A stretch of 64,000 nt of DNA from Escherichia coli (GCF_009931435.1 NZ_CP043414.1); one strand, 5' to 3'. Positions 47,285 to 61,513 are shown, counted from the stretch's first letter. Notes: a model not told the origin generated them from the sequence alone. Made by a program: numbers and translations.

Positions 47285-48070
47285 ATGGGATATTTAAATA
47301 ACGTCACCGGTTACCGCGATGATTTACTGGCTAACCGTGCGATTGTTAAACACGGTAATTTCGCGCTGCTAACCCCGGACGGTCTGGTAAAAAATATTAT
47401 TCCGGGCTTTGAAAATTGTGACGCGACAATCCTCTCCACGCCAAAGCTGGGGGCCTCTTTTGTTGATTATCTGGTCACACTGCATCAAAACGGCGGCAAC
47501 CAACAGGGCTTCGGTGGTGAAGGAATTGAAACGTTCCTGTATGTGATCTCTGGAAATATCACTGCCAAAGCCGAAGGGAAAACATTTACCTTAAGCGAAG
47601 GTGGTTATCTTTATTGCCCGCCAGGCTCCTTAATGACTTTTGTTAACGCCCAGGCCGAAGACAGCCAAATCTTTTTATATAAGCGTCGCTATGTTCCGGT
47701 AGAAGGTCATGCGCCGTGGCTGGTTTCTGGCAATGCCAGCGAACTGGAACGCATTCATTATGAAGGCATGGACGATGTTATTCTGCTGGATTTTCTGCCC
47801 AAAGAGTTAGGTTTTGATATGAACATGCATATCCTCTCTTTTGCGCCAGGTGCCAGCCACGGTTATATCGAAACTCACGTCCAGGAACACGGTGCCTATA
47901 TTCTTTCCGGTCAGGGGGTTTATAACCTCGACAATAACTGGATCCCGGTGAAAAAAGGCGATTACATCTTTATGGGCGCTTATTCCTTACAGGCCGGTTA
48001 TGGCGTAGGGCGTGGTGAAGCGTTTAGTTATATTTACTCGAAAGATTGTAACCGCGACGTTGAGATTTAA
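47285..48070 (+). CDS. allE: Ureidoglycine aminohydrolase (cupin)
   Basis: 261 aa bicupin ORF. Confidence 0.85.
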   Translation: MGYLNNVTGYRDDLLANRAIVKHGNFALLTPDGLVKNIIPGFENCDATILSTPKLGASFVDYLVTLHQNGGNQQGFGGEGIETFLYVISGNITAKAEGKTFTLSEGGYLYCPPGSLMTFVNAQAEDSQIFLYKRRYVPVEGHAPWLVSGNASELERIHYEGMDDVILLDFLPKELGFDMNMHILSFAPGASHGYIETHVQEHGAYILSGQGVYNLDNNWIPVKKGDYIFMGAYSLQAGYGVGRGEAFSYIYSKDCNRDVEI

Positions 48071-48199
48071 GTCATACCACACGCCTGATTATTTTTAGCT
48101 ATGTTGGATTTTGCCACGGTTTATACCGTGGCTTTTTTTGTAGTCAATTCAGGTAAAAAAAAGATGCGATATAAATCGCATCCGCTTTAAAGGTAAGAG

Positions 48200-49345
48200 T
48201 CAGTTTTTAATTCCCTGACCTATTTTAATGGCGCAGGCAATATTTCGCGCACAGTTGAAGAGATTGGTTTCACCGCTTGCGAGCACTTCGGCTAAAGGTG
48301 CCAGACGTGGCAAAATGCTGAATACCGCGTCAATGCCGTACTGGTGCACCACTTCCACGCCATCACCCAATACGCCAGCAATCCCAATCACCGGTACATT
48401 AAACTGCTTCGCCACCGATGCCACACCCAGCGGCGCTTTACCGCCTGCCGTTTGCGAGTCGATGCGCCCTTCCCCGGTGATCACCAGTGCTGCACCCTGC
48501 ACCGCCTGCGCAAGATTGACCGCATTCAACACAATCTCAATACCCGGTTTAATATCCGCATTGAGGAATACCGCCGCCGCAATGCCCATGCCTCCGGCAG
48601 CACCGCCGCCCGCCATCTGGCAGACGTTGATTTCAGTTAGCTGTTGTAAAACACGGGCGTAATTTTGCAGCCCCTGTTCCAGCTCTTCGACCATTTCTGG
48701 CGTTGCCCCTTTTTGCGGGCCAAACACCGCCGCCGCGCCGCGTGCCCCTACTAACGGATTATCTACATCGCACGCTACTTCAATATGGCAGTTCGCCAGG
48801 CGCGGATCGCACTCCTCCATCTCAATGCTTGCCACGCGCGCTAAATTGCCACCGTTAGCCGCCAGCGCCTGACCGTCGGCATCAAGGAAACTCGCACCAA
48901 GCGCCTGCGCCATGCCCATACCGCCGTCGACCGTCGCGCTACCACCAATGCCGAGAATAATATGGCGAATACCGTTATCCAGCGCATGACGAATCAGCTC
49001 GCCAGTGCCATAACTTGACGCCAGCAACGGATTACGCTTCTCAGGCGCGACCAGCATCAGGCCACTTGCCGCCGCCATCTCAATCACCGCCGTTTTCCCG
49101 TCGCCGGTAAGGCCATAAAAAGCATTCACTTTTTCGCCCATCGGTCCACAGACTTCAAGTGTTACGATTTTGCCGCCCGTCGCTGCGACCATCGCCTCCA
49201 CCGTCCCTTCGCCGCCATCCGCTATCGGCAAACAGATATAGTGCGCATCGGGAAAGAGGGTCGAAAACCCGGCTTTAATTGCCTGACAACATTTTTCTGC
49301 ACTTAAGCTCTCTTTAAACGAGTCTGGCGCAATGACAATCTTCAT
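48200..49345 (-). CDS. glxK: Glycerate 2-kinase
   Basis: 381 aa from [14 protein letters not shown]. Confidence 0.9.
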   Translation of the reverse strand: MKIVIAPDSFKESLSAEKCCQAIKAGFSTLFPDAHYICLPIADGGEGTVEAMVAATGGKIVTLEVCGPMGEKVNAFYGLTGDGKTAVIEMAAASGLMLVAPEKRNPLLASSYGTGELIRHALDNGIRHIILGIGGSATVDGGMGMAQALGASFLDADGQALAANGGNLARVASIEMEECDPRLANCHIEVACDVDNPLVGARGAAAVFGPQKGATPEMVEELEQGLQNYARVLQQLTEINVCQMAGGGAAGGMGIAAAVFLNADIKPGIEIVLNAVNLAQAVQGAALVITGEGRIDSQTAGGKAPLGVASVAKQFNVPVIGIAGVLGDGVEVVHQYGIDAVFSILPRLAPLAEVLASGETNLFNCARNIACAIKIGQGIKN

Positions 49346-49366
49346 TATCAATCCTTTTTCAAAAAA

Positions 49367-50668
49367 TTATTCGATACGTTCCCACGGAATAAGATTATCC
49401 ATAAGAACAGCCAGTAAAATTCCGACCAGTAAGCCGTTACTGAGCAGAGGGCGAAGCGTTAATGGAAGGTCTTGCAGATACACAGGCGGTAATGCCATTA
49501 AAAATATGCCGACAAATAACGGCAATGCGAGTCGATAAATATTGCGAGCAGTAAATGTTATTTGTTGGCTAAATACCAGCGCGGAAAAGAGTAAAGGCAG
49601 ATAAGAAACTAGCATGACCGCGCTACTCACCGGTAAGGGGATACTACAAAACAGTCGCGTGAGTGCCGGAACCAGTGCCACCAGCAGGCAAATAACGCTG
49701 CCATAAATAAACGAACGCCGCGTGTAATCGCCAGTCTGGGTTAATAAACCAATGGATGAAACAAACGGTGAAAATGGAATTACCGCCAGCGGCACGGTTA
49801 TCAGCGTCATAAATCCGGTCGCCACAAAGCTGCGACGATAACGCGTATTCCCCGCGCCCTGTTGCGGATAAAAAACATCCGTGCCACGAATCGCACCGTA
49901 GGTATTGCTGATATTTACCAGACCTGTAATCACCGCCGTCAGAATAATCCCCGGCAACAAAGCACCGCCACTGCCGAGCGGGAACCACTGCCAGTGCAAC
50001 TCACCGGAAAGCGAGTGCGAAGAAGGAAAGCAAAAGTACCACAACAACCAGCCGGTTATCGTACCGACCAGCAGGCCATAACGGGCAAAACGTTGCGGCA
50101 GGAAGATAATCATCGCCAGTACCAGGCACATCACCGCCACCGAGAGCGCGAACGGCGGTAACTGAATTTTAAAATTTGGGTCGGCTATGCCAAACGGCAG
50201 GCCGAGCATACCTTTGAAAAAGATAGTGGTCAGCTGCGCGCCCAGCATCAACATAAACAAGACCATCACAGACGGCGTAAATAACCGCGCCAGGCGATGA
50301 CCTAATCCGCTAAAACCAATCAACATCGTCAGCACGCCAGAAATCGCAATCCCTACCGCCAGACTGGTAGCGATATCGTTGATCGGGGTCCCGCGCGATG
50401 CTTCGCCAAGGGTAATAGTAAGGATGGTTCCCCACCACAGGCCGCCCGGACCTTCCATAATAGCGCGACGATGGCCGCAGAACGCCTGAGCGAAACAGGC
50501 TAGCGCGGTAGCAAGAAAAGCATATTGCGTGAGCGTAAGCAGGCTACTTTGCGGCAACTGAAAAGCCGAAAGTAGCGTAGGAGGAACCACAACCGTGTTA
50601 CAAAAAATAAAGAAAAACCACTGAAATCCTGATAACAGGCTTTCACGGCTCACTGCAAAATTGAACAT
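49367..50668 (-). CDS. ybbY: NCS2-family putative purine permease YbbY
   Basis: About 433 aa polytopic membrane protein. Confidence 0.8.
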   Translation of the reverse strand: MFNFAVSRESLLSGFQWFFFIFCNTVVVPPTLLSAFQLPQSSLLTLTQYAFLATALACFAQAFCGHRRAIMEGPGGLWWGTILTITLGEASRGTPINDIATSLAVGIAISGVLTMLIGFSGLGHRLARLFTPSVMVLFMLMLGAQLTTIFFKGMLGLPFGIADPNFKIQLPPFALSVAVMCLVLAMIIFLPQRFARYGLLVGTITGWLLWYFCFPSSHSLSGELHWQWFPLGSGGALLPGIILTAVITGLVNISNTYGAIRGTDVFYPQQGAGNTRYRRSFVATGFMTLITVPLAVIPFSPFVSSIGLLTQTGDYTRRSFIYGSVICLLVALVPALTRLFCSIPLPVSSAVMLVSYLPLLFSALVFSQQITFTARNIYRLALPLFVGIFLMALPPVYLQDLPLTLRPLLSNGLLVGILLAVLMDNLIPWERIE

Positions 50669-50724
50669 AAACACACCTTAACCGGAGAATGCCCGCCGCA
50701 AGGACGGGCATTGCAGGGGCCAGA

Positions 50725-52086
50725 TTACTGCTGATGTTTAAGGATAAATTGACCTTTCGGCGCAACAGGGAAACCCTGTTCGATGTCGTAAATCACATCA
50801 CCACGTAAGAGGGTTTTCGTGATACGCGCGCCAATGGTACGGCCAACATACGGGCTGACTTTGTGGCGATATTCCAGATCGTCATTGGTAAGAACATAGC
50901 TGCTATTCGGCTGAATGAAGACGAAGTCGGCATCTTTTCCTGGGGCGATCCGGCCTTTTTGCTGCAAACCGAAAATATCTGCTGCGTTAGTTGCCATTAA
51001 TTTGCCGAACATCGGCAGAGACATACCACGTTTCTGTACTGCTTCATCGAACATCACGTCCATGCAGCTTTGCAGACCGGCGATACCGCCCCATGCTTTC
51101 ATGATGTTGCCTGCTTTCATTTCCGGCGGGCATGGAGAGTGGTCGGAAACCAGGCAGTCGATTTCACCGTTAAACAGTTTTTCCCACATGCCTTTCTGGT
51201 TTTCCAGATCGCGGATCGGCGGTGAACACTTCGCCAGAGTACCGATTTCTTCGAACTGATCGGTATCCAGTACAAAGTAATGCGGGCAGGATTCACAGGT
51301 AACGTCCTGGCCTTCCTGACGCGCACGAGTCACCTCTTCAACACCTTCCGGGCTGCTGATGTGGCAAACGTGCAGACGGCAACCGGCGACTTTCGCCAGG
51401 TACAGTACGCGGCGAATCGCTTCCACTTCGGTAAACACCGGACGCGAAGCCACATAGTCATGAGCGGTTACGCGACCTTCGCGCTTCGCTTCTTCTCCCA
51501 GTTCGTCACAGATCAGCGCATTTTCGCAGTGCACCAGCACTGGCTGACCCAGTTCGCCCAGCTTCTGCGCACCTTTGAAGAACTGCCAGTCATTGACGTC
51601 ACGGAAGTCGTTGTCGATACCGCGATCGCCACAGGTCGCAACGAAGCATTTGAAGCCGACAACGCCCACTTCATCCAGCTCATGCAGACGGTCGATGTTG
51701 TAAGACACCAGGCCACCGAGTTGCGCCGCATCGATAGTCAGCTTGCCTTTAGCGGCATCAAACTTCAGTTCAATCGATGCGCGGTCAACCGTTGCAGGCA
51801 GCTGGTTGAGCGGCATTTCGATCATGGTGGTGATACCCCCTTTTGCCGCTGCGCGAGTACCCGTTTCATAACCTTCCCAGTGGCTACGACCCGGTTCAGA
51901 AATATGGGTGTGCGCATCAACCATGCCTGGCGAAACCACCAGACCAGACGCATCCATAACTTCTTTTGCATCGCCCAGATCCTGACCGATAGCAGCAATT
52001 TTTCCGCCTTTAACGGCGATATCTACAACGCGAGCTTCGTTTTCTAAAATAACGGTGCCGTTTTTAATGATTAAATCAAAAGACAT
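50725..52086 (-). CDS. allB: Allantoinase
   Basis: 453 aa from [14 protein letters not shown]; amidohydrolase motifs. Confidence 0.95.
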   Translation of the reverse strand: MSFDLIIKNGTVILENEARVVDIAVKGGKIAAIGQDLGDAKEVMDASGLVVSPGMVDAHTHISEPGRSHWEGYETGTRAAAKGGITTMIEMPLNQLPATVDRASIELKFDAAKGKLTIDAAQLGGLVSYNIDRLHELDEVGVVGFKCFVATCGDRGIDNDFRDVNDWQFFKGAQKLGELGQPVLVHCENALICDELGEEAKREGRVTAHDYVASRPVFTEVEAIRRVLYLAKVAGCRLHVCHISSPEGVEEVTRARQEGQDVTCESCPHYFVLDTDQFEEIGTLAKCSPPIRDLENQKGMWEKLFNGEIDCLVSDHSPCPPEMKAGNIMKAWGGIAGLQSCMDVMFDEAVQKRGMSLPMFGKLMATNAADIFGLQQKGRIAPGKDADFVFIQPNSSYVLTNDDLEYRHKVSPYVGRTIGARITKTLLRGDVIYDIEQGFPVAPKGQFILKHQQ

Positions 52087-52146
52087 AACAAACTCCTTGT
52101 AAAATACAGATTGGTTTTTTAACTCAATGTTCAATATCGGGATTAA

Positions 52147-53601
52147 TTAACCTGTGACTTTTTGTTCTCCTGTTTTTTCTGCTGCAGTACGTTTCTTTAA
52201 TAAGGCGTAGGCCGCAAAGGCGACAATAACGCCGACAAACCATGAAACGCGTGATAAAGGCTCCATGAACGGAATAAATTTACCACCGAGAGATAAAATA
52301 ACGGCGACCAAAGTTACTGAGAACGCGGTAAGGTTAAAGCCGTTATCGTAATATTTGAAATCCCCTGCTGCGGTATACAGTTCATCAAGATTAATTTGTC
52401 CGCGCATCACCACAAAATAATGCGCCATCATCACACCAATTACTGGACCCAGCATTCCGCCGATAATATCGAGGAACAGATAAATGCTGTCCTGATTTTC
52501 CATTAATTTCCACGGACAGATCAGCAAACTGATAATACTGGCAATCAGTACGCCGTTTTTATAGGTCAGTTTCGTCGGTGCAATAGCGGCTATCTGATAA
52601 CCAGCCGGAATAATATTACCGGTGGCGTTAGTGGAGATAGTCGTCATCAGAATAACCAGTACCGCAAAGAACGAGGCAAACAGGCTATCCCAACGCTGAA
52701 CAATATCCAGCACGTTCCAGGTGTCAGCGCCGTAGTGAATACTGGCTCCGGCAATAATACATACCCCGGCGACCGCAAACAGAATATAGGCCACAACTAA
52801 ACCCAGCGTTTGCCCCAGCGCCTGCTCACGAAACGAGTGGGCGTTTTGCGTAAAGTCGGATGCGCTCACCGCCGGTGCCGCCCAGACCGCAACTACCGCG
52901 TTAATCACCACCAGGAACAGGAAGCCACCGTTTTCTGCTTTCTGAATACCGCTCGGAATGTAGTCAAAGATTGGACCGATCCCGACCAGCGAAATCGCCC
53001 AAATCGCCATACCGCCGAAGACAACATAGATACACGGGTTAAGAATGGCGGTGAATTTATTTAAAACTTTGCCACCACCGAAACCGATTCCGACGTTCAC
53101 CAGCCAGAAGAGTAAGAAAGTGATTAAGCCCGGTAGAGAAAGCCCTAACAGGGTAAAATCACCACCGAGAGTTAAAAATCCCGGCCAGATTTTGCCAATC
53201 AGGATCAAGCAGGCCAGCGATCCGGCGTAACATTGCAGGCCAAACCACATAATGGCAGCAATCCCGCCTCTTAATAATCCGGGAAACAGTGCACCACGTA
53301 CGCCATAAGAAGCACGCAGGATCATGGCAAATGGTACGCCGTATTTACTGCCCGCAGCACCGTTCAATACCATTACCGCAGCAATAAAAAAGGCGCTAAG
53401 AATAATGGCCAGCATAATACTAAAGGTAGACAAGCCGAGAATAAAAAAGCCGCCGACCATCACATAATTGGGAACGTTATGAACCGAACCCATCCATAAG
53501 GTAAAATAGTTAAATGTTTTCCAGGTCCGCTGGCTTTGCGTTTTCGGCAATAGATCTTCGCTATAGCCGCGTTGCTGGAATAGTTTTCTCTGATGTTCCA
53601 T
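52147..53601 (-). CDS. ybbW: Allantoin permease (NCS1 family)
   Basis: 484 aa polytopic transporter. Confidence 0.9.
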   Translation of the reverse strand: MEHQRKLFQQRGYSEDLLPKTQSQRTWKTFNYFTLWMGSVHNVPNYVMVGGFFILGLSTFSIMLAIILSAFFIAAVMVLNGAAGSKYGVPFAMILRASYGVRGALFPGLLRGGIAAIMWFGLQCYAGSLACLILIGKIWPGFLTLGGDFTLLGLSLPGLITFLLFWLVNVGIGFGGGKVLNKFTAILNPCIYVVFGGMAIWAISLVGIGPIFDYIPSGIQKAENGGFLFLVVINAVVAVWAAPAVSASDFTQNAHSFREQALGQTLGLVVAYILFAVAGVCIIAGASIHYGADTWNVLDIVQRWDSLFASFFAVLVILMTTISTNATGNIIPAGYQIAAIAPTKLTYKNGVLIASIISLLICPWKLMENQDSIYLFLDIIGGMLGPVIGVMMAHYFVVMRGQINLDELYTAAGDFKYYDNGFNLTAFSVTLVAVILSLGGKFIPFMEPLSRVSWFVGVIVAFAAYALLKKRTAAEKTGEQKVTG

Positions 53602-53770
53602 AAATCCCTCTTAATTTCACGTATCGAATAACGCTGTTTTTAATCTAGCTATGAGGAACAAATAAAATAAAAATATTATTTTTAATACTGAAGCAACATC
53701 TTTGGCTGCTTTCTTTTTTAATATTGCTGGCCGATTCATTTTCTGATATCGGCCATTTTTATTGCGGGTA

Positions 53771-54649
53771 TCAGGCCAGTTTATGGTTAGCCATTAATTC
53801 CAGCGCCTGCACTAACGCAGAGTGATCCAACTGGCTGCCACCGTTTGCCGCACAGGTATTAAATAACTCCTGGCAGGTCGCGGTGTTTGGCAGGTTCAGC
53901 GCCAGTGCTTTCGCACTTTGCAGTGCCAGGTTGAGATCTTTCTGGTGCAGCGCAATTTTAAAACCTGGATTAAAGGTGCGTTTAATCATGCGCTCACCGT
54001 GAACTTCCAGAATACGTGAGGAAGCAAAGCCGCCCATCAGCGCCTGCCGCACCCGTACCGGATCCGCTCCGGCTTTTGAAGCAAACAGCAGGGCTTCAGA
54101 AACCGCTTCAATATTGAGCGCCACGATAATCTGATTTGCCACTTTGCAGGTCTGGCCGTCGCCGTTACCGCCCACGAGGGTGATATTTTTACCGAGCAAT
54201 TCAAACAGCGGTTTAACACGTTCAAATACCGCTTCGTCGCCGCCAACCATAATCGACAACGTCCCTTCACGCGCGCCGATTTCACCGCCGGAGACGGGCG
54301 CATCGAGATAATCGCCGCCCAGTTCATTCACCTGACGAGCGAAACGCTTAGTTTCAATCGGGGAAATGGAGCTCATATCAACAATGGTTTTGCCCTTCAG
54401 TGAGGCTTTGGTACAACCATTTTCACCAAACAGAACTTCTTCAACCTGTGGCGTATCCGGCACCATAATAAAAATGATGTCCGATGCTTCCGTTACCTGG
54501 CGCGCAGTTTCAACACTGACGGCACCCAGTGACAGTAATTCATCAACAACCGGACCAATGGTTGTGACATGCAGTTGATGACCGGCACGCGCCAGATTAA
54601 TGGCCATCGGTGTACCCATAATGCCTAAGCCAATAAATCCCAGTTTCAT
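53771..54649 (-). CDS. glxR: Tartronate semialdehyde reductase
   Basis: 292 aa, MKLGFIGLGIMG NAD-binding motif. Confidence 0.95.
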   Translation of the reverse strand: MKLGFIGLGIMGTPMAINLARAGHQLHVTTIGPVVDELLSLGAVSVETARQVTEASDIIFIMVPDTPQVEEVLFGENGCTKASLKGKTIVDMSSISPIETKRFARQVNELGGDYLDAPVSGGEIGAREGTLSIMVGGDEAVFERVKPLFELLGKNITLVGGNGDGQTCKVANQIIVALNIEAVSEALLFASKAGADPVRVRQALMGGFASSRILEVHGERMIKRTFNPGFKIALHQKDLNLALQSAKALALNLPNTATCQELFNTCAANGGSQLDHSALVQALELMANHKLA

Positions 54650-54748
54650 AATTAACCTCTTTTAAATTTCGCTTTTCCTGAATTCAGACAACACGATCCC
54701 CTGCCAACTTAGCGGCCTAAAAAAGCATTGCCTGAACAGCGTTACGTT

Positions 54749-55525
54749 TTAACGGTACGGATCCATCCAGTGTAAACCGGCTTCCGTGGTGGTTTGGGGT
54801 TTATATTCACACCCAACCCAACCGTTGTAGTCAGAATTTTCAATTACCGTAAAGAGATACTCATAATTAATTTCTCCGGTTCCCGGTTCGCCGCGATGCG
54901 GATTATCGGCAATTTGCAGGTGACCAATTTTATCGGCCCATTGAGTCATAGTGTTGGTTAATTCACCTTCCATCCGCTGCATATGATAAATGTCATACTG
55001 AATTTTCAAATTGCAGCAACCAACATCATCAATCAATTTCAGCGCCTGTTGAGTTCCGGTGAGATAGAAACCAGGAATATCAAAATGGTTAATAGGTTCA
55101 ATCAGTAATAAAATATCTTCTTTCATCAGCATATTCGCGGCATAACGCAGGTTTTCTACAAGCGTTGCGTGAATCTGTTCACTGCTGAAACCAGCCGGCG
55201 TTTTACCGACCAGACAGTTAATTTTTTTATTACCCAGCGCACGAGCATAACGAATCGCTGCTGCTACGCCATCCCGAAACTCTTCTTCACGGCCAGGAAT
55301 ACAAGCAATACCGCGCTCCCCCGCCGCCCAGTCACCCGCCGGTAAATTGTGCAGAGTATGTTCGAGTTTATTACTCGCCAGCACCTGTTTTAATTCTTCA
55401 ATGTCGTAGTCATAAGGAAACATAAATTCAACGCCGCGAAAACCACACTGCGCTGCTTTCTCAAAACGGGCGAGAAAATCATATTCACCAAATAACATCG
55501 ATAAATTCGCAGAGAAACGTAACAT
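54749..55525 (-). CDS. hyi: Hydroxypyruvate isomerase
   Basis: 258 aa TIM-barrel ORF. Confidence 0.95.
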   Translation of the reverse strand: MLRFSANLSMLFGEYDFLARFEKAAQCGFRGVEFMFPYDYDIEELKQVLASNKLEHTLHNLPAGDWAAGERGIACIPGREEEFRDGVAAAIRYARALGNKKINCLVGKTPAGFSSEQIHATLVENLRYAANMLMKEDILLLIEPINHFDIPGFYLTGTQQALKLIDDVGCCNLKIQYDIYHMQRMEGELTNTMTQWADKIGHLQIADNPHRGEPGTGEINYEYLFTVIENSDYNGWVGCEYKPQTTTEAGLHWMDPYR

Positions 55526-55537
55526 TATTTATCTCCC

Positions 55538-57319
55538 TTATTCATAGTGCATGAAGCAGGTTTCAGTCGGTGCGTCCGCTGCGTTATCGGCGATATCTTC
55601 AAATTCCATCACATTATCGAGTTCGCTGCCCATTGAAATATTGGTTACGCGCTCGAGAATGATTTCCACTACCACAGGTACACGGTATTGATTCATTAAT
55701 GCTTTCGCCTGTTCAAATGCCGGTGCAATATCTTCCGGTTTGAAGACCCGAATAGCTTTACAACCTAAACCTTCCGCTACTTTTACGTGGTCGACGCCGT
55801 AACCGTTCACTTCGCTGGAGTTAATATTTTCGAATGCGAGCTGTACGCAGTAATCCATATCAAACGCGCGCTGCGACTGGCGAATCAGACCCAGATAGGC
55901 GTTATTGACCAGTACATGGATGTACGGAATGTTGAACTGTGCGCCAACGGCTAATTCTTCAATCAGGAACTGGAAGTCGAAGTCACCGGAAATCGCCACC
56001 ACATTGCGCTCTGGATCAGCGGCACACACGCCCAGCGCCGCCGGAATGGTCCAGCCCAACGGGCCTGCCTGCCCACAGTTGATCCAGTGGCGGTCTTTAA
56101 AGACATGCAGCATTTGTGCCGCAGCGATTTGTGACAGACCAATGGTGGTGACATAACAAACATCGCGACCAAAGGCTTTGTTCATCTCTTCATACACGCG
56201 CTGCGGTTTCACCGGCACATTGTCGAAGTGGGTTTTGCGCAGCAAAGTGCGTTTGCGCTGCTGGCAGTCGGCGACCCATTCTTTACGACACGGCAGACGA
56301 CCCGCTTTTTGCATCTCCTGCGCCACTTCAACCAGTAAAGTCAGGGCAGCTTTAGCATCAGAGACAATCCCCAGATCCGGGCACAGCACGCGGCCAATTT
56401 GCGTCGGCTCAATATCGATATGGACGATTTTGCGCCCTTCGGTGTATTTCTCTACCGAACCGGTATGACGATTGGCGAAACGGTTACCGATACCAAACAC
56501 CATATCGGACGCCAGCAGCGTTGCATTACCGTAACGATGTGCGGTTTGCAGCCCCACCATCCCGGCCATCAGTTCGTGGTCATCCGGAATACAGCCCCAG
56601 CCCATCAGCGTTGGGATCACCGGAACGCTGGTCAGTTCAGCAAACTGTTGTAACAGTGCAGCTGCGTCAGCATTGATGACTCCGCCCCCGGCAACAATTA
56701 CCGGACGTTCAGCCTGGATTAACATTTCGACCGCTTTTTCAATCTGCATACGGCTGGCCGCTGGTTTGTAGACCGGCAACGGTTCGTACATGTCAGGATC
56801 AAACTCGATTTCCGCCACCTGAACGTCGAACGGTAAATCCACCAGTACCGGACCCGGACGACCAGAACGCATCAGGTGAAATGCCTGTTGCAGCACACGA
56901 GGCACGAGCGCCGCTTCACGTACTGTAACCGCCATTTTACTTACCGGCTTGGCGATAGCTTCGATATCAACAGCCTGGAAATCTTCTTTATGCAGACGAG
57001 CACGCGGTGCCTGACCAGTGATGCACAAAATAGGAATGGAATCAGCAGAAGCGGAATAGAGCGCGGTGATCATGTCCGTGCCCGCAGGACCGGAAGTCCC
57101 CAGACATACGCCGATATTCCCTGCCGTTGCGCGGGTATAACCTTCCGCCATGTGCGAAGCACCTTCCACATGACGCGCCAGAATGTGACGAATACCGCCG
57201 TGCTTACGCATCGCTGAGTAGAACGGATTGATTGCAGCTCCCGGAACGCCGAAGGCGGTGGTGATACCTTCTTTCTCCAGCACATACATTGCCGCGTCAA
57301 CGGCTCTCATTTTTGCCAT
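55538..57319 (-). CDS. gcl: Glyoxylate carboligase
   Basis: 593 aa from [18 protein letters not shown]; TPP enzyme. Confidence 0.95.
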   Translation of the reverse strand: MAKMRAVDAAMYVLEKEGITTAFGVPGAAINPFYSAMRKHGGIRHILARHVEGASHMAEGYTRATAGNIGVCLGTSGPAGTDMITALYSASADSIPILCITGQAPRARLHKEDFQAVDIEAIAKPVSKMAVTVREAALVPRVLQQAFHLMRSGRPGPVLVDLPFDVQVAEIEFDPDMYEPLPVYKPAASRMQIEKAVEMLIQAERPVIVAGGGVINADAAALLQQFAELTSVPVIPTLMGWGCIPDDHELMAGMVGLQTAHRYGNATLLASDMVFGIGNRFANRHTGSVEKYTEGRKIVHIDIEPTQIGRVLCPDLGIVSDAKAALTLLVEVAQEMQKAGRLPCRKEWVADCQQRKRTLLRKTHFDNVPVKPQRVYEEMNKAFGRDVCYVTTIGLSQIAAAQMLHVFKDRHWINCGQAGPLGWTIPAALGVCAADPERNVVAISGDFDFQFLIEELAVGAQFNIPYIHVLVNNAYLGLIRQSQRAFDMDYCVQLAFENINSSEVNGYGVDHVKVAEGLGCKAIRVFKPEDIAPAFEQAKALMNQYRVPVVVEIILERVTNISMGSELDNVMEFEDIADNAADAPTETCFMHYE

Positions 57320-57408
57320 TTTATTCCTACCTCTATTAATTGGAAAAATTTTCCAACTTTCAAATTTTGTCAAAAAAACCCGCTCCGCAGAGCGGGATGC
57401 GACAGACA

Positions 57409-58224
57409 CTATGGATGTGCTTTCAGTCCCAACGCCGTGCTGATATCGCGGGCGGTGTCTCTGACCAGCTCACCCTGACTGACAAAACGATCTTCTGTCA
57501 GTCTTGAAGAAGGCCCGGAGATGGAGATAGCGGCAACAACGCTACCTACATCATCGTAAATTGCTGAAGCTATGCAATTCAGACCTACAACATGCTCTTC
57601 TTTATCTACGGTATAGCCCAGTTCACGCGCTTGTTCCAGGTCCTTCAGCAAGGTGGGCATATCCACAAGCGTAGTTGGCGTAAACTGCTGCAAACCGGTT
57701 TGCAGAATGATGCTCATCAACTCCTCTTCCGCCAGCGGATAAAGCAGCGCTTTGCCCGCACCGGAAGCATGCAGCGGCAGACGACTGCCCAGCGGCGCAC
57801 ACATCCTGACCATCGATTTACATTCTAACTGACCAATTAATACTGCTTCATTGCCGTTACGAATCGCGACATTGACCGTTTCGCCGGAAAGTAACATCAG
57901 GCGGCGCATAAATGGCCCAGCGACGGAGAGGACATCGCGGTTATGGATGTACGCCGCACCGACGTTAAAGACACCTAATCCTATATGCCACCAGCCTAAC
58001 TGACTGTCCTGATAGACAAAATCCGCTGCCTGTAAAACCTTCAGCAAGCGAAAGGTCGTGGAGAGCGGCAAATCCAGATTGAGAGAAATATCGCTAACCG
58101 ACGAACTTCCCCCACTTTTTTCCAGATATTGCAGAATCGCAATTCCCCGCTCTAACGCCTGTGCGCCCTTTTGTGCCACAGGCTCCGCCTGTCCTGGCCT
58201 GCCGCGCCGTCTAACTTCCGTCAT
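57409..58224 (-). CDS. allR: IclR-family repressor of the allantoin regulon
   Basis: 271 aa IclR-type ORF. Confidence 0.95.
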
Positions 58225-58301
58225 ACCTACGTTAACTCCGACCTACAAGTGAGCATAAACAATGAACAATTAGTTTATCTTATGCAAGTCGGTTGCAGGC
58301 G

Positions 58302-58784
58302 TCACGCAAAACAGAGTTCCTGTTCAGGAATACTTTCAACATCACAGTTGTCACTGCCGCCGCGATCGATGGTCAGAAAATCGGTGACGCGCTGCCAGGC
58401 GAAAAGTGGGTGATGCCAGACGTTACGATGGTAATTCACTCCCTGTTCACCGTTGGTAATAAACGCCCGCAGGGTTGACAGGTCTGGTTTGTCGTCACCT
58501 AAGGCCACGACCACCACAAACACTTCCCCTTTCATCGGAATAAAGGCCTGAGTGCCCAGCGGATGACGTTCGAGTTCGTGAATGGTCAGCGGCAGATTCG
58601 CCGGTTGCGCGCGGTTAATGCTGATAAGCGTACGGTCTTGCTCAAGAATCTCAACCAGCGCCAAATCGTGGTAACGCTCCACCAGGCCATTGTTAATATG
58701 GAAAAAATCCCGTTGCTGCGTTTCGATTACGTCGCCATAAGCACTAAAGGCTTCCTGACTTAACGGTAATACCTGAAGTTTCAT
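58302..58784 (-). CDS. allA: Ureidoglycolate lyase
   Basis: 160 aa ORF divergent from allS. Confidence 0.95.
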
Positions 58785-59012
58785 CTTTTTGTCCTTGTAA
58801 CATAATTCCGTTCAACCACCGCCGACCGGTCAATGTGGTTCAATAACAGGCAATCTAAAACCTTAAGAGAACAACATCAACACAAAAGTTGGAATATTTT
58901 TCCAAAACTAGATTTAGTCCACAAATCACACAGGGTTATCATGTAAAAATACTGATAAATCAGAGGATAAGAAAATCACGCAACTTGCGGATTTAAAAGG
59001 GGATACCTGAAG

Positions 59013-59939
59013 ATGTTCGATCCAGAAACCTTGCGGACTTTCATTGCGGTTGCTGAAACAGGAAGTTTTTCAAAAGCGGCAGAACGATTATGTAAAACCA
59101 CGGCGACGATCAGTTATCGCATTAAACTTCTGGAAGAGAATACCGGAGTGGCGCTGTTTTTCCGCACGACTCGCAGCGTGACGTTGACAGCGGCTGGCGA
59201 GCATCTACTTTCTCAGGCCAGAGACTGGCTGAGCTGGCTGGAAAGTATGCCCAGCGAGCTGCAACAGGTGAATGATGGCGTGGAACGCCAGGTGAATATT
59301 GTCATCAACAACCTGCTCTACAACCCCCAGGCCGTCGCCCAGCTGCTGGCGTGGCTGAATGAACGTTACCCCTTTACCCAGTTTCACATCTCCCGACAAA
59401 TCTATATGGGCGTCTGGGACTCGCTATTGTACGAAGGTTTTTCACTGGCTATCGGCGTCACGGGAACCGAAGCTCTGGCAAATACTTTTAGCCTTGATCC
59501 CTTAGGTTCGGTGCAATGGCGCTTTGTCATGGCGGCGGATCACCCGCTGGCGAAAGTTGAAGAGCCACTCACAGAAGCGCAGTTACGGCGCTTTCCGGCG
59601 GTTAATATTGAAGACAGCGCCCGCACCTTAACCAAGCGCGTCGCCTGGCGTTTGCCGGGGCAAAAAGAGATTATTGTTCCCGATATGGAAACGAAAATCG
59701 CCGCCCATCTGGCGGGCGTTGGCATTGGTTTTTTGCCAAAATCACTTTGCCAGTCAATGATCGATAATCAACAATTGATCTGCCGGGTAATCCCAACGAT
59801 GCGCCCTCCTTCGCCATTGAGTCTGGCATGGCGCAAATTTGGCAGTGGCAAAGCGGTAGAAGATATTGTGACCTTGTTTACTCAGCGCAGGCCGGAAATC
59901 AGCGGATTTTTAGAAATTTTCGGCAACCCACGCAGTTAA
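59013..59939 (+). CDS. allS: LysR-family activator of allD
   Basis: 308 aa LysR-type ORF. Confidence 0.95.
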   Translation: MFDPETLRTFIAVAETGSFSKAAERLCKTTATISYRIKLLEENTGVALFFRTTRSVTLTAAGEHLLSQARDWLSWLESMPSELQQVNDGVERQVNIVINNLLYNPQAVAQLLAWLNERYPFTQFHISRQIYMGVWDSLLYEGFSLAIGVTGTEALANTFSLDPLGSVQWRFVMAADHPLAKVEEPLTEAQLRRFPAVNIEDSARTLTKRVAWRLPGQKEIIVPDMETKIAAHLAGVGIGFLPKSLCQSMIDNQQLICRVIPTMRPPSPLSLAWRKFGSGKAVEDIVTLFTQRRPEISGFLEIFGNPRS

Positions 59940-59992
59940 AAATCAAGTTTCCTTGCGCGTTGGCGCGTAAAATAGCGTGCAAGCTGATTTGA

Positions 59993-61102
<1,110 letters not shown>

Positions 61103-61162
61103 TGGGCGATATTCTGAAACGGCGATTGTCGTGAGAACAGAATGGTTGCATCAGAATACAGA

Positions 61163-61254
61163 TATAAAAAAACCGACATGACAGTCGGTTTTTTTATTTT
61201 TTCCGCCCAAGACTTGGTGGTTCCGGGCAGAAATGAAACAGTCCTCATCTAGCA
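61163..61254 (-). ncRNA. Candidate antitoxin small RNA (type I TA), about 90 nt
   Basis: Minus-strand promoter TTGAAT-17bp-TATAAT (plus-strand 61283-61288 and 61260-61265); predicted 5' end is complementary to the 16-nt toxin leader motif; ends at the bidirectional terminator. Confidence 0.5.
61166..61200. terminator. Bidirectional intrinsic terminator (mnmH terminator; also positioned to terminate the candidate minus-strand sRNA)
   Basis: aaccgac / gtcggtt stem flanked by an A-run upstream and a T-run downstream. Confidence 0.7.
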
Positions 61255-61513
61255 AGTGAATTATAAGTCAGGATGCCTACATATTCAAACAGCTATGTTG
61301 GCGATACAATCCCGACGCTAGTAGTGATACTGCCTCAAGGGATTACCGCAGTGCGGAAAAGTACTTTTAAGTCCTGGTCAGGATACAGGTGGTGCTGATT
61401 CTGGTGCTCTAATTTGGAGAGAGGCAGTCCTCATCTAGCACATGAAGAAAATCATAGTTACAGGCAACGTAAGGGTAAGCTGTGATTGTCTTTCTCCCTT
61501 AAGGGAGCAACGG